Shown here: positions 1 through 12,252 of the stretch, piece after piece
How positions within the stretch are numbered: position 1 is the first letter of the stretch
How the letters are laid out: each line of letters starts with the position of its first letter
Source: Eukaryota sp. TZLM1-RC
Lineage: Eukaryota > Protista > Metamonada: BaSk clade
Length of the DNA stretch: 64,000 nucleotides
NCBI GenBank assembly: GCA_040285825.1
Contig: JAUPSS010000004.1
Coordinates: 4,121,784 to 4,185,783, forward strand
Direction: 5' to 3'
The notes under the pieces: generated by a model
The model's input: the letters and a program-made list of their open reading frames with translations, nothing else
What the model was told of the DNA's origin: nothing
Database searches by the model: none
Program-made: the position numbers and the translations under genes

Positions 1-4
1 TGAA

Positions 5-970
5 TTAATAATAGTGCCTGTTTTCCGAGGCTTTTGGAATTAAAATTTTATTTTTATTGTTTTTCCAAATTTGAGTATTTTCATCTAGAATTGCATTCTC
101 AAATAGAGGGTCATTATTATTTTTGGCTATTTGTTGTTCAGGTCTTATTTTAGAGAACCAAGAAGAAAAAATAGGTAAGTCCTGGTGTCTACTTAGGGAT
201 GAAATTGATGGGATGTCTTCGAGGTCCGAATCAGAATCATCGTCTATTGGAGGTATCTCGTAATTCGAAAGTAAAGTATCTGGTATATTTATACTACATA
301 TAGAAGGAGTTTCCTCATTTTGATCTAAATCAATATTCCTCGATAGCATATCTGCCCAGTGGTTATCTTCACCTGGTTCATGGACTATATCAAAGTCGAA
401 TTCAGATAGTATCGGCAGCCATCTCTTTACAATTCTATTTTTCTCTGGGGCTGTGGCCAGGAATGCGATATTTTTGTGATCAGTGAAAATTGTTAGATGT
501 CTAGTCAAAAGGTAGCTTTCTAAACAACTTTCAGTTAAAATCAGAAGAATTGCGTATAATTCTTTCTGTAAAGTGGACCATTTTCTTTGTGTTTCTGTAA
601 GTAATCTACTATAAAACGACAAAGGTTTCACTTTCCTTTTATTCAGCGGGGTTCCTGCAAAAGAGTGTGGTTCAATTTCTTGCCAGATAACACCTCCAAC
701 TGCTACATCTGATGCGTCAGTACTTATTAATACACGCTTGCCCGGAGCTGGTAATTCAAGGGGCATGTGATTAATTATTAAATCTTTTATTTGTTTAAAA
801 TAATCGTCATGCTCGTTGGTCCATTTTATTATTCTAGGTTTTCCTTTAATTAACTCGTTAATTGGAGCTATTAATTCGGAAATACCTGGAAGCCAATCTC
901 TAATATAATTGATGGATCCTACCAATGAGCGAACTTCTTTCACTGATTTTGGTCTAGGGATTCTCATCAA
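5..970 (-). pseudogene. pol fragment: RT connection domain and RNase H of element A
   Basis: Motifs PKSVKEVRSLVG, ISTDASD, FYSRLL..QRKWSTLQKELYAI, IFTDHKN, NHWADMLSR; frameshifted relative to the RT ORF. Confidence 0.9.
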
Positions 971-2741
971 GGCTTCGATTTTTTTTACTAATAAATCTGG
1001 TTTTATCCTGGAAGGTGCTTCCTAAAATATCAATAGGGTGTTTGGATGTTACGAATTTACATTTGCGTAGACCTATATTTACACGTCTATTTCTGGCGCA
1101 TTGGAGGACTCTTTGTAATTTCTTATAGAATTCATCGAAAGTCGTTCCAACTACTATAATATCATTTATATATATAAAAACGCCATCAATTTGGAATATT
1201 TCCATCATTACGTTTTGAAAAACTGCTGGGATGTTCTTTAATCCGAAGCAAGCTCTCTTAAACATAATTGACCTTCCAGGGATTGAGATTGATGTTTTCT
1301 CAATGTCCTTCTCAGCTACATTCATCTGCCAGAAAGCTTTTGGTAAATCAAGCGTGGCTATGTAATCTGCTCTACTTAAAAACTCTAAAATATCACTAAT
1401 GCTAGGTAGATTAGGCTCTACTGAAATCGTGTGGGCATTGACTCCATCTTTACCGCTAAAGTCTCCCGTTAACCTGGGTTTCTTGCCGTCAGGATATATA
1501 ACTAAGACAATAGGAGAGCTGAATTTATAATTAGATTCAACTGCATAGCCCATTTCAATCAGTTCATCAAATATTTTGTTTGCTATTTCCATTTTGCTGG
1601 GATTTAATCGTCTAGCAGGTTTATGTACTATAGCATTCTCGTCTCTAAAGGGGATTGTTAGAGGTTTACAATCGATTCCTTTTCTGTTTGGAGTTTCACT
1701 AAAAACATCGCTGAAAATTCTTAGTAAACTCGTTAATTTTAATTTATTATTATCATCATCTAATTTTATTTCACAACCAGATCTAGTTAACTGCTCCTCA
1801 AAATCGGAAGAACTCGATGATTGGTTATCTAAGGTCCCAATCGAATGTTGAGCGATTCTTGAGTCGAATTCAGATTCTGCATTTAACAAAGTGCGGTGTT
1901 CTTTGTCTAATCTAATGAAAAGACCATCATCCGTCTGAAGCCCAAGTGTTTTTAACATGTCTATCTCTATTAATAATTTGTTCGAACCCGGGATTATGGG
2001 AAGAGTATGTCTATAATGTACCTGGTGCGCAATGCTTCCTACGTTAAACGACAGAATACCATTTGCACTCCCTAGCGATTTACTTGATACGTTATTGGCT
2101 GGTAAGAACTCAATTGTATCATCTCTATTAATTGACATGTTGCATTTGTTAGCCAAATCTTCTGTTATAACCGAACAAAACGCTGCCGAATCAATAGTTG
2201 CAATCATTTTTATATTATTTATTAAAATCTCCAATCTTAGAAATGGAGAACGCTGGGATCTGATGTGGTTCTCACTAACCGTAGAATTTATACCAAAAAT
2301 ACTATTGATATCAGAGCTGGGTTTGTGGAATTGTAGAGGATTTAGTAAGAATTGTTGAGCTGTTGGGGAGTTGTTAACTGGGTTTCCGAAATCGGCAATT
2401 GATTGATTATGATTGATTGCGTTGATTTGTTTCCGATTGGGAAAGTTTCCTGTATTTCTGACCCTGTTGCTGAAACGGTCAATCCGTCTGTGAGAGGTCA
2501 TGCTCGAACTAGCTGACACGTTCTCAGAAGGGGATGATGTTGATGATGTATCCTCTTGTGTATTTATGTAATAAATAGGTCTATACTGACCTCTGCCTTT
2601 ATGTCCTCTAAAATGGCCACCTCGGCCCCTACCTCTAAACCTAGAAACACGTCTACCACGGCCACCTCGGCCTCTAACAACGCTGCCACTTCTCGCAGGC
2701 TGATCAGCCTCAATTCTTTTGGTACCTTGCTCCTGGTACAA
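954..2741 (-). pseudogene. pol fragment: aspartic protease and reverse transcriptase of element A
   Basis: Protease ATIDSAA; RT motifs SSPIVLV, LDLPKAFWQ, FGLKNIPAVFQ; the YxDD box reads YIND (probably inactive). Confidence 0.9.
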
Positions 2742-5317
2742 CGGGGGTCTTTACATTCGAAAACCGTGTGACCGATAGGATTATTTCCTTCGGTGACGTT
2801 ACAGAATGTACAGAACTTAGATCCCTCTCGTTCATGTCTTTCTGGGACATATTTGTTTTGGGGAGTTCCTTTGGATCCGCCTCCCGAGCGACGTTTAGCA
2901 CCTGGACCAGATGGGGTTGCTCCTCTAGAGAACGTTCTCATGGTCGAAAGGCCTAATGGGATGTCTTCTTCTCTTTCAGCTTGTTTTCTCAAAAGTTCCA
3001 TGGTGTGCCTATTTCCTGTTGTTTGGCACCAAGCTAAAAAGTGTCTCCTGGTGGTCGAAATCAGGTCTAACAAAGTTGTACCTGTTGAAAGGTCCCATAG
3101 ATCTTCTCTTGTCCAATGGCTTACTAGCTCCTTGGTAATGGCGAAATTATCTATTCCCAAGAGAAAGTATTCTGCAATAAGGGCGGGTGAGAGGGTTATT
3201 AAACCACTGCTTCCCCTAATTGATGCAGATATGGAGTGATCAACCATATATGTGGTCATCCTCAGGACGTCTCCAAAATCTTCGACGAACCTACCGAATT
3301 CGTTGTCCGCATCCACTTTGTTGTGGATGTTTCTCCAATTTATACATGGTTTTGCTAGGGCGGAGCAAGCCTCGTGATATGAGGTAAATTGTGTCCTGCG
3401 TAGCAGAAAAACCATTAGATCAGCGTCTGAGAGGTCCGGTCTTAGAAGTCCTTGGCCTTGCCATCTAGAGATGAGATGGGGGTCGACCATGCTTGATAAG
3501 CCGGATGGACAACTACTAATCATCATGCTTCTAAATAAGTCGTAATGATGGATAGGAGGTCCCAGACGTTTCGTCAGTTATGGGTCGATCCTTAAGAGTG
3601 GCTGTTTCATATCCCTGTCTATTTCTTCTCTGATGTGAGATGGGAGTGATGATAACAACTCAGGGGTAATCTGGGTCTTTCCTTCACCAAATATTTGGGT
3701 TGCTATCAACATAGCACGAGACCAATCAGATTGACCAGGGGCTTGAAAGCTTCTATTGGATATCTTGCGCCCGTATTTATCCCATGTTTGGAATTTGAGG
3801 AGGAAGGAGACGAGAGACATCTTGTTGAGTGGGTCCTTCTCAGATAGGTGAGGGGCTTTGTATTCAGCTGACCTAGGCTGAGAGTCCACATGTCTCTGAA
3901 GACTACTCGCTATACTCATGTCCAATATATTTCTAGAGGCTTGGAGGTCTTCCAAACGGAGAGGCTCCTCAGAAGTAACTCTTCTACGAGGGGGTTGAGG
4001 AGGAGGTGTTTCATCTAAACTAGGTCCTCTCAACTCGACTTCGTCTTTTGATGCGCTAGTGAGCATAGGTTGGGAGGAACTTGATGGTTCCTGAACCACT
4101 CTGGTAGGTCTGTTTACTCGTTCTGTTACATCTACTGTTGGGATGTGGTCAGGGAGTACGTCGATAGAACAGACTTGTACCGGTTGCTCTTTTTCAGATA
4201 TAATGGGGGCAATTATGGGAAGTTTAGGTCTTTGGTGGAGCTCTGTTGATTGATCGCCCGTGACCAAGAACCTGAACTTCTTCTTCCTTGTTGTTGATTC
4301 CCCGAATTGCTGAATAAAGTTATTTGGGCGGCTTCTACATGTGGATACGCCTGAACGTTCCGTAAGAATATTATTTAGGGCGTCCGCGTCAAAGAAGTCA
4401 CTGACGGGTTCCAACTTACTTGGACTTATGCTGTCTGCTTGTTCCATGTATTCTCTGAAACAAGTAGGAGCCCCATCCTCTACCTCTGAGTAGTTATGGA
4501 TGATCGTATCAAAGTACGAGTCCATCCATGCCGGTAATTTGGTTTCCAGGATGTCGTCGGTATCGGTTCTGCTCCTCCGTTCGATGGCCAAGAACCTGAT
4601 CCTTCTCCCGAACTGGTCCAAGTGAATGGCTTCCCAATCAGGCCTATCTTTGATAGGTTTTGCCAGAATCACATGGATTTCTCTATCCATACCGGTTATC
4701 CTAGGACGGCGTTCTGCCCCGCGTCCATAGGTTTCTCTATTCAAAGTGTCCAACGCGTTAATAAGTTCCCTTCTCTCATTTTGAGGAAATTCGTAGACTC
4801 TATTAGGGTCCCCTTTATGGCCCAGAGTCTGGAATCCCACATTTCTACCAGATTTTGACATTTGCTTCCAAAGGGGAGGGAGCTGCTCGAACAAACAGTA
4901 ATCTGTTGGTTCAAGGTGGGCTTCCGCGTCCTTCATTATCTGTTGGCGAAGCTCTTTCTCTTCGTCGTCCATTTCTTCTAAGACTGACTGAAGTTCTTCG
5001 TAGTCCTTTAGAACAGACGAAGTATCTGAGCTTAACCCAACATTTTCTTTAGGTGAGGAGGGGGGTGGTCCCGTTCCTGAAACCTTATCTGGTTTGTTGG
5101 ACATGGAAGAGGCGGGAGGTGGTTCCGTGCCTGGTTCCATTTCTTCCTCATGAGGAGGGGCGGAGGGTGGTCTCGAGCCCGAGTCCTCTTCTTTATTTGA
5201 CTCTTCAGTCCCTACTGATGTTGTATGTATGCTCAAAGCATCTCTGTCGTACTGTTGCATCTGTTCAATGTAAAAAATTTGACAAGAGTCAGTGTCCTGG
5301 CGAGGAGAGACTGACAT
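2564..5317 (-). pseudogene. Long gag-like ORF of element A (about 900 codons) with a single in-frame TAA at 3578-3580
   Basis: ORFs 3578..5317 and 2564..3526 share a frame and the 17 intervening codons are open; C-terminal CTFC-x10-H-x4-C knuckle. Confidence 0.75.
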
Positions 5318-5400
5318 GATATCTGCTGAAGATATCCTCTGTTTGATAGCTGTGAGTTGTGTAAGCGGTATACCTATAACCTAATACGGCCAATAATTAT

Positions 5401-5481
5401 TGTTGCCTTAGGTTGCAAAAGTGGTTGAGATAAAGATAATTTATTTTCTATTCATATTATAAAAGCCTTAGGGCGCCAACA
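5401..5481 (-). repeat. 5' LTR of element A (81 bp)
   Basis: TGTTGGCGCCCTAAGG...TAAGGCAACA with an internal AATAAA; homologous to the 92-bp LTRs at 44153-49539, whose ends are fixed by a TSD. Confidence 0.85.
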
Positions 5482-7382
5482 TCTTGAGTAATGAACTTCA
5501 CCAAACTCTGTCAAAATCACCAGAGTCCACCAAAATTTTTCTCCGACTTTGTAAAATGTCTCTGTAACGTCTGTTTAGTAACCCGTTGCTTTGTGAAAAC
5601 CCAGTTAATGAACGACTTATTTCAATGTTCAATAAATCGCATAAGCCTTTGAAAATGGCATTTGCAAATTCAATATCATTGTCACTACGAATTCACAGTG
5701 GAATACCAAAAATTGATACTACAGTCTATATAAGGTGGTTTGTTGCCTCCACAACATTGAATTTTTTTGCAGGGTAAATGACCGTGTATCTAGTGAACGA
5801 ATCTACAAAAACTATTAAATATTTGAATCCATTATCATCTTGTTGAAATAGTCCAATAGTGTCTGCGTTTATTCGAGCAAAAGGACGATCTGTTCAAAGA
5901 GAGACAGATGATTCAAATAGATTTTTAGGCACATGTGCTGTCCTTTGCGATGCTGGGCATCTCTCAATATGGTTTATCATGTCTCTGCGCATGTTTGGCC
6001 AAATGTAATCACTTTTAAGTAATTTCTTTACGCCAGTCGTCACACTAAGAAGACCAACACTTGCAGGTCCATAAATGATAGGTAAAGTTTGCTTCTTCAA
6101 GCTATTTAGGTTAACAATCTTCCCGCGATTGTTGGTATATAATTGAAGAGATGAATTATACTTGTGATCATTATAATGATCTGGGTTTGAATCAACATCT
6201 ATAAATTGTTCTTGCCTAATCTTTGACATCCAAGTGTCAAATAAATCAAAGATAGGTTCCTTTACTGCTTGTTTTAATGCAGATAAGCTATTCATCATGG
6301 TTAGTTCAATTTTGGACGATTGAGTATGTCATCCCTTAACAAATTAACCCCAGTTAATAAATACAAATAATGTAATTGTTCTTTAACTCTGTGAGGTTCA
6401 CTCTAGGAGCACTGAAATAATAACTTGCAACTGCATTCATACCACACGAGACTGACGAAACATTGAGATTATCTGATTCTTTCAAAGATTAGGACTTTGG
6501 TCGTAACTCTCCTAAACGACATTGTCAAGTGTCTTGCCGTGGGCTCCTCCAAAGAAAAAGGGCCAGTCTTCTGCTGAATAATCGCGCCTGGCCTTTTCAA
6601 AAATGGCTGGATCTTTGTGTCTCGAAAGACGGATTGCTTCAATCTCAGCCCTAATAACTCATCGTCACTCCAATCCTTTGCATCTTCGGAAAGAGTAGCG
6701 ATGAAATCCATCAAAGTCCCTTGTCACAGACTCAACTGCCATAGCTAATTTTTGTCGGTAGAAACCTTTGAGTTGTTTTTCCCTAGAATCAGCAAATGGA
6801 GTTGGATTGGTAATATTTGTTCGACGTGGAGGTTTATCATCACTTCCATCCTTTTCATTTGCTGTTATCAAGACTGTCAGATTATTAAGTGTCACTTTGA
6901 GGTCCACTGCCGGGAGAAGTCTCAGTAGTAGATGACGAGGAAGTTTTGTGTGAAGATTCACTCTTAGACTGGTGTTCACTCATTTGACCGTCCGTACAAA
7001 CAGTGGAGCGGTTATCATTGACTAACGAACAAATTTTAGTTGCTCCGTCGGAGTGAACAAACTCTTCGTGCTAAGCAGGATCTTCGAGCGATTGTACGGG
7101 TTCGACTAACTGAGCTATCCTCTGCAACATAATTACTCTATTCATAAGGGAGGAGACTTCCCTTCTGAAAAAGTTGAAGATTCTGCCTATGAAGGGGTTG
7201 TCTGTTCTCAGCGGGAAGTTCACTCTCCTTTGGAAAAGTCTCTTTACAAGGAGGACTACTCTTCTGTGAAAAGGACTCTTCCCGAAGAAGAGATTACTGT
7301 TTTAATCAAGGCCATTGGAGTCATTAATTAATGATGTTGTGTGGTTAGACATAACAGAATAGAGATAAAAAAGATTTATTGA
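5482..7382 (-). mobile_element. Degenerate, internally deleted gypsy LTR element (element C): LTR 3' half, gag-like remnant and integrase remnant
   Basis: Integrase motifs WPNMRRDM..HI..C...Q, RPFARINADTIG, VFVDSFTRY, FGIP..IRSDN..EF, QSNG with stops (5482-6298); LTR-like AATAAA...CAACA end at 7335-7382. Confidence 0.75.
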
Positions 7383-7687
7383 ATTTCACCAGAGTTTTTC
7401 CCCCAATGTTTCGCCATTTTTTGCCAATCTTTCAACAAACTTCGGGTCAAATTTCTTTTTCATTATTAGAAGTAAATGAATGTTTGATTCGAAGTCATTT
7501 ATTTTGTTTTGCTGACTTGGGTGAAATTGGTACACAAACTCTTCGATTTTGTGTAAAGCAGCATTTTGGGAAATGGTGAAAGTTTTGTTTTTGAATTTTT
7601 CCAAAGGTTTCCTTATCATGTTCAACTGATCCATGGTGAATCAAATTTTTACTTAAATAAACTTCAATTTGACGTCAAATTTTCCTT

Positions 7688-7945
7688 GTGATATCTGGAT
7701 TCAGTGTTTTCCTCAGAATGTTCAAGAAATTCCCAACCGATCATTCGCAAATTTACGTTTTGTCTGAAAAAGCTTCAGCACGATGGTTAATTTCAATGAA
7801 AGCTTGGATTAAGGAGGTAAGACTTGGCTTGGCCAAAACTGAAAATCCCACTTTCGGAAATTTATTAAAGGACATCAGTAATAGCTCTGATGCAGCTTTA
7901 ATTACTCAAATTCTCTCTGTTTATAGATTTCATTTAGATCATTAG
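7688..7945 (+). mobile_element. CRE-like non-LTR retrotransposon fragment (family B)
   Basis: EVRLGLAKTENPTFGNLL matches EVRLGIAKQKNPAFANFL (about 36015) and TVRLSLAKEKNPVFANFL (about 62160). Confidence 0.75.
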
Positions 7946-8928
7946 AAACGTTTTATTATTCAAATTCTTTTACTTGGATTGTCTTTTAAACACGACCAAC
8001 CAGTAATGATTTCCAAAGAATTTATTAAAGCCATTTTATGGGTGGTCAAGACATTCGCCAAAAGATAACGTCATTTAAAACAAGATGAAAGAGCAACTCT
8101 CAATGTCAGTTATTTGTTTGAACAACTGAGTAGGGAAATTAGGGGTAAACCAGGCCAGTATACTCAAACTTTGAGACTAATAATGGCTAATATTGATATA
8201 GACCATTATTACTCTCAGTTGCCCTCAATCTAAAACCCATGTCTGTCACCAAGGAGTTGCTCGAATTTTGAATCATTGTGTGAGCAATATTCACACGTCC
8301 TATATGGTCAATATTCAGCAACAATTTGAAAATTTTTGTCGTTGGTTCAATAATGCGTTGTAAGTCAAAACAGTTCTTATCTCTGACTGATGATTTTGGA
8401 ATTTCAACACAAGATCAATGATTAAACAAAAAATCAGTATATTTATCGAATAAATAATAAAAATCAACAAATGCACAACTAAAGCTCCACATCCTCACAC
8501 CCTGCTTCTTGCACGTCGAAACAGTTAATTATTAAAGATTTAGAAAATTTACCAAAAGAAGAGATAATCAGAAATCAATTTGACCATTCCCAAAGATCCA
8601 AATGCCTATAAAAGATTCAAACGTAAGAAGAAGAGGTTAAAGAACGACTGACGAGTGGCTAAACAACAAGACCATGAAGCTGATTCTATTCAAAATCTTG
8701 AAAACAAAATTCAAGAACTTTGACAAAATTGGAATAAAAAACGATGTCAAACTAGTCCTATGCCATGGACTGCTGTACTGTCAAAACAGTCAATGTGGCG
8801 TCTATTGGGATAAAGATGTTAACATTGCTCTGAACACTTACAGGATTACGTACTCTCATATTCATGATAATTGTGGACCAGTGGTACTGCAACGATCAGT
8901 GAGTGTGAGTGTGGGAAAGAATGTTTAG
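7946..8928 (+). pseudogene. Internally deleted Fanzor1 remnant
   Basis: N-terminal-type segments (ISKEFIKAIL; RILNHCVSNIHTSYMVNIQQQFENFCRWFNN; TPCFLHVET) and C-terminal CHGLLYCQNSQCGVYWDKDVNIALN (Zn finger and RuvC-III), which parallel the 42857-43348 frame. Confidence 0.75.
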
Positions 8929-9031
8929 AGTATTAGTTTTAAGATTTAGCATGGAAAAACTCAATTTTTGGAGTTGCCAAACTCAATTCCTCTTACGTTA
9001 TATTCCATTGCTATAGAGATTATCTGTCATA

Positions 9032-9700
9032 ATGGGAATCTTCTCAAAGTCCAAGACCCAAAAGTTACTGTTTAGGTGCTCTCTCCTTATACATTCTTTT
9101 GAACGAGTTCCCTTGGCAGATGATTTTGTGTTTTTAAAAGTAAAGCCTCCACGTAAGGTCTCTAAACCATCTGTCACTGCCAGAGCTCCTATAAGGTACA
9201 ACACTGCTACCTTTGATACAGAATTTACCTGGGATATTCCACTTGTTATGGATACCAGTACATTTCTACTAGACAGCTTCATAATACGTGTATCGGTACG
9301 TCATCCACAGAAACGTGGAAGTCATGATAGATTGGGTTACACAGAGATTGACCTTGCTGGGTTTGCTGGTGAGAGTGGCTGCACAGCTATCTTTCCCTTG
9401 AAGGAATGTAGGTTTGCGGGAGAGTTACGGTGCTCGATATCAATGTCACAATTGAATGGAGATGCGACGTACAAAGTTCCACCACACAACGCAATCATCC
9501 AAGAAGCAACTACATCAAGGGCAAATGAACTTGACACATCACACAAGCCTCAAGCCACATGCATTTCCCTGCAGTCTCCCTTGACACCATTGGCTCTGCC
9601 AGTAGATTCTCCACCAACAGAGGGAGTGAGTTTGCTAAAGAATCATGATATTGTGGATGATTTGTTCATGAGCTCATTGTCAAACTCTGCAGAAACATAA
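9032..9700 (+). CDS. NT-C2 (EEIG1/FAM102-like N-terminal C2) domain protein
   Basis: N-terminal C2-like pattern (F...L.IH....VP; RVSVR; RLGYTEIDLAGFAG) followed by a low-complexity tail. Confidence 0.75.
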   Translation: MGIFSKSKTQKLLFRCSLLIHSFERVPLADDFVFLKVKPPRKVSKPSVTARAPIRYNTATFDTEFTWDIPLVMDTSTFLLDSFIIRVSVRHPQKRGSHDRLGYTEIDLAGFAGESGCTAIFPLKECRFAGELRCSISMSQLNGDATYKVPPHNAIIQEATTSRANELDTSHKPQATCISLQSPLTPLALPVDSPPTEGVSLLKNHDIVDDLFMSSLSNSAET

Positions 9701-9744
9701 TTATAAATACTGGAAAGACTTAATTAAATTTATTTGGTAATTAA

Positions 9745-12192
9745 CTATTTTTTATTTGTCCAATATTGTGTTGAATTTCTTTTGAATTTTAGTTCATCAC
9801 CAAATGGTAATAGTAAATCATCTTCAATTTCAAGACATTCAAAAATAAAATTAATTAAACTTTCTAATTTAGTTTTCAGTACCAATTCCCGTTGACCTCT
9901 TGGATCTAACCAATTAATCAAATCAATTAACAGCTTTGATTGATTGCATATGAGCCAGTTAGATTCATCGGCCTTTCTTTCTTCAATAAAAATACAATTT
10001 GGTATAGAATAAAGAAAGAAATAATGTTTGTAATTGCGATCACTGCCAATTGACTCTCTTCGAATACATGAAAGAATTCTATCTTCAGAGAATTGTCTAC
10101 CAATTTCTTTCATTTTCTTCTGATGACGGGTGATTTCAACCTCTTTGGCGGACAACATTCTATCTAAGCGAGACCTGGCTTGTGAAATTTGTCTAGAAGT
10201 AACTTTCTCTTCTTTTTCCATAACCTCAACTTTCTTCTTCAATTGAATCATTTTGAGTTGATTTTCTTTGGAATTGATCTTGTTTACAATATCTTTATGC
10301 TTTTTCCTCTCCTCTGATTCATTCTCAGTCCGAATCCGCCTAACATCCACTAGTTCATTGAAGAGATAATCAACATGATTCAAGATTAAATCTGTCTGCA
10401 ACGCCAGGTCAACCAAAAACTCGAGAATTTCTAATCTATTAATTAATTCAAGTGATAAAAAACATTTGAGATTTAAATCGTAATCTGTCTTGAGGATAGG
10501 TGTGTTTCTGAAAGTAATTGTTTCGGGAGCATCACCTTCTTCCTTTTCAGATTCGACTTGGGGTTCAGGGTCTTCAATTTTTGGTTTCTTGATTTTTGGT
10601 TCATCAATGGTCAATGTCAATTTTGAAGTTCTCGACCGGGTAACTATTCTTGGTGTTGGTGGTTTCCTTGGTCGAGGTCTTCGAGAAGGGGTGAATTTGG
10701 AAGGTTTTTTCGAAATTCGTGATGATCTTCTTAAAACAGGCGACTCTGGCGAATCGCTTGAAACATCATCATCAGAATCTTCTTGACTCTCATCAGAACC
10801 TTCTTGACTCTCATCAGAACCTTCTTGACTTTCATCAGAATCTTCTTCAATGCCAGAATCTTCTTCAATGCCAGAATCTTCCTGACTTTCATCAGAATCT
10901 TCTTGACTTTGATGTGACTCAGCTTCACTCATCACCACTTCTTCTTCGATTACCCACTTGGAAGCTTTTTCCAAAGCTTTTTCCATCAACTCTACAAAAT
11001 TTTGTGCTACTTCATCATCATTTTCCTTGGCCATTCTGGTAAATTGTTTTATCAAAAGAGTAAACCAATTTCCGGGATTAATTCCATGTTTGCGATTAAA
11101 GGCTACAGAAGAAAGCGAGATGAATAATTCATTGACTATATTCAGAGATTCTTGATCAGAAAAAAAATCATTAATTTTAATGGATTTTACCAACAAAGTA
11201 AATGGTATTAGGGAAAGCTTAATTTGATCAGAAAATGAAGAAACAAATTCAGAAACTTGAAGAATGATTGTCAATTCATTATGTGTCAGGGAATAGAGCT
11301 CAGTCGGGGTCGAAAGCACAGGAAATTCCTTGACTTTGGGAGGGGGTTTTCCATCGATTTCTATTGAATGATCATTTATTTCTTCATCTTGAATTGGAAA
11401 TGTTGTTTTGGAGGCAGATTTTGAAGCAAAATCTGTTATTTTTGACTGTCGACTTTTGATTGGCTTTTCTGAAGGCAACTGATTAGCTGTGATTGAAGGG
11501 GTATCGTCCACATTAACAACTTCCTTCTCCACTGGTACAACTTTTTCCAACTTAAGATTACTCCAAATTTCTTCCTTCACAGTCCATAAACCTCCCTTTT
11601 TTGAAGCAATTAATTTAATAATTTGCTTGAGAAATGATTTGGGCACATCTTTCTTCTTTGTTATTTCTGATATGGTGAGTTCCAAGTCAATAAAAGAGTT
11701 TTCAGAAGAAGACATAAAAGCGGGAGGGTGGTGTATTCTAACCAACACCTTGGAGGAAGATTTGACAGATATGGTTGTGAGAACTTCAGCAGTGAGAGGT
11801 CTAGTGGAGCGGGGAACAGTAGCAAACACTTCTTCCCCGGCAAAAAGGTGGCCATCCATAGAGTCAGAGAGTGAGGCCACAAGTTCGTCGAGGCGGCCAG
11901 ATTGTTCGTTTACATTGGATACAATGAACTGAAATGTAGAGAATGGAAGAGAAGGCTTAGAGGATAGGTGACGAAGTGCTTCCGGAAATGTGGTGAAGTT
12001 GGTTCCGCCGAGTGTAGATGTCCAGAGAGGAGAGGCGTAAAGACGAAGAGCCTTGGCATAATCTTCATAATCAAGAAAACGTTCACCAGTCACTGAGTTT
12101 TCAAAATACTGTGTGCCTGGAGGAAGAGTGGCGTGTCGGGTGTCAATAGCATAAGGCAGTCCCTTCAGATAGGGAACTGTCAGTAGAACCAT
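9745..12192 (-). CDS. ISWI-complex subunit, Itc1/ACF1(BAZ1A)-like (WAC, DDT, WHIM/WSD domains)
   Basis: WAC motif TGERFLDYEDY..ALRLY...WTS.L.G...LT-like; DDT-like LQVSEFVSSFSDQIKL; IGSDRNYKHYFF and LINWLDPRGQRELVL. Confidence 0.85.
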   Translation of the reverse strand: MVLLTVPYLKGLPYAIDTRHATLPPGTQYFENSVTGERFLDYEDYAKALRLYASPLWTSTLGGTNFTTFPEALRHLSSKPSLPFSTFQFIVSNVNEQSGRLDELVASLSDSMDGHLFAGEEVFATVPRSTRPLTAEVLTTISVKSSSKVLVRIHHPPAFMSSSENSFIDLELTISEITKKKDVPKSFLKQIIKLIASKKGGLWTVKEEIWSNLKLEKVVPVEKEVVNVDDTPSITANQLPSEKPIKSRQSKITDFASKSASKTTFPIQDEEINDHSIEIDGKPPPKVKEFPVLSTPTELYSLTHNELTIILQVSEFVSSFSDQIKLSLIPFTLLVKSIKINDFFSDQESLNIVNELFISLSSVAFNRKHGINPGNWFTLLIKQFTRMAKENDDEVAQNFVELMEKALEKASKWVIEEEVVMSEAESHQSQEDSDESQEDSGIEEDSGIEEDSDESQEGSDESQEGSDESQEDSDDDVSSDSPESPVLRRSSRISKKPSKFTPSRRPRPRKPPTPRIVTRSRTSKLTLTIDEPKIKKPKIEDPEPQVESEKEEGDAPETITFRNTPILKTDYDLNLKCFLSLELINRLEILEFLVDLALQTDLILNHVDYLFNELVDVRRIRTENESEERKKHKDIVNKINSKENQLKMIQLKKKVEVMEKEEKVTSRQISQARSRLDRMLSAKEVEITRHQKKMKEIGRQFSEDRILSCIRRESIGSDRNYKHYFFLYSIPNCIFIEERKADESNWLICNQSKLLIDLINWLDPRGQRELVLKTKLESLINFIFECLEIEDDLLLPFGDELKFKRNSTQYWTNKK
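10768..10910. repeat. Coding minisatellite of 18-21-bp units encoding an acidic (D/G)SDESQE / DSGIEE repeat
   Basis: Repeated TCATCAGAA(T/C)CTTCTTGACT and TGCCAGAATCTTCTTCAA units. Confidence 0.85.
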
Positions 12193-12252
12193 CAAGAAAT
12201 CTTGGTTTTAAATTTTACTCACAATTGGATTAACTAAATAGAAAGGAAAAGT

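Larger units (their letters stand above)
1..5481 (-). mobile_element. Ty3/gypsy LTR retrotransposon (element A), 3' part beyond the window edge; inserted into the integrase of an older LTR element
   Basis: 81-bp 5' LTR (TGTTG...CAACA) followed by gag with a CCHC knuckle, then protease, RT and RNase H in gypsy order; the outer flank (5482 onward) is integrase-coding sequence. Confidence 0.92.
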
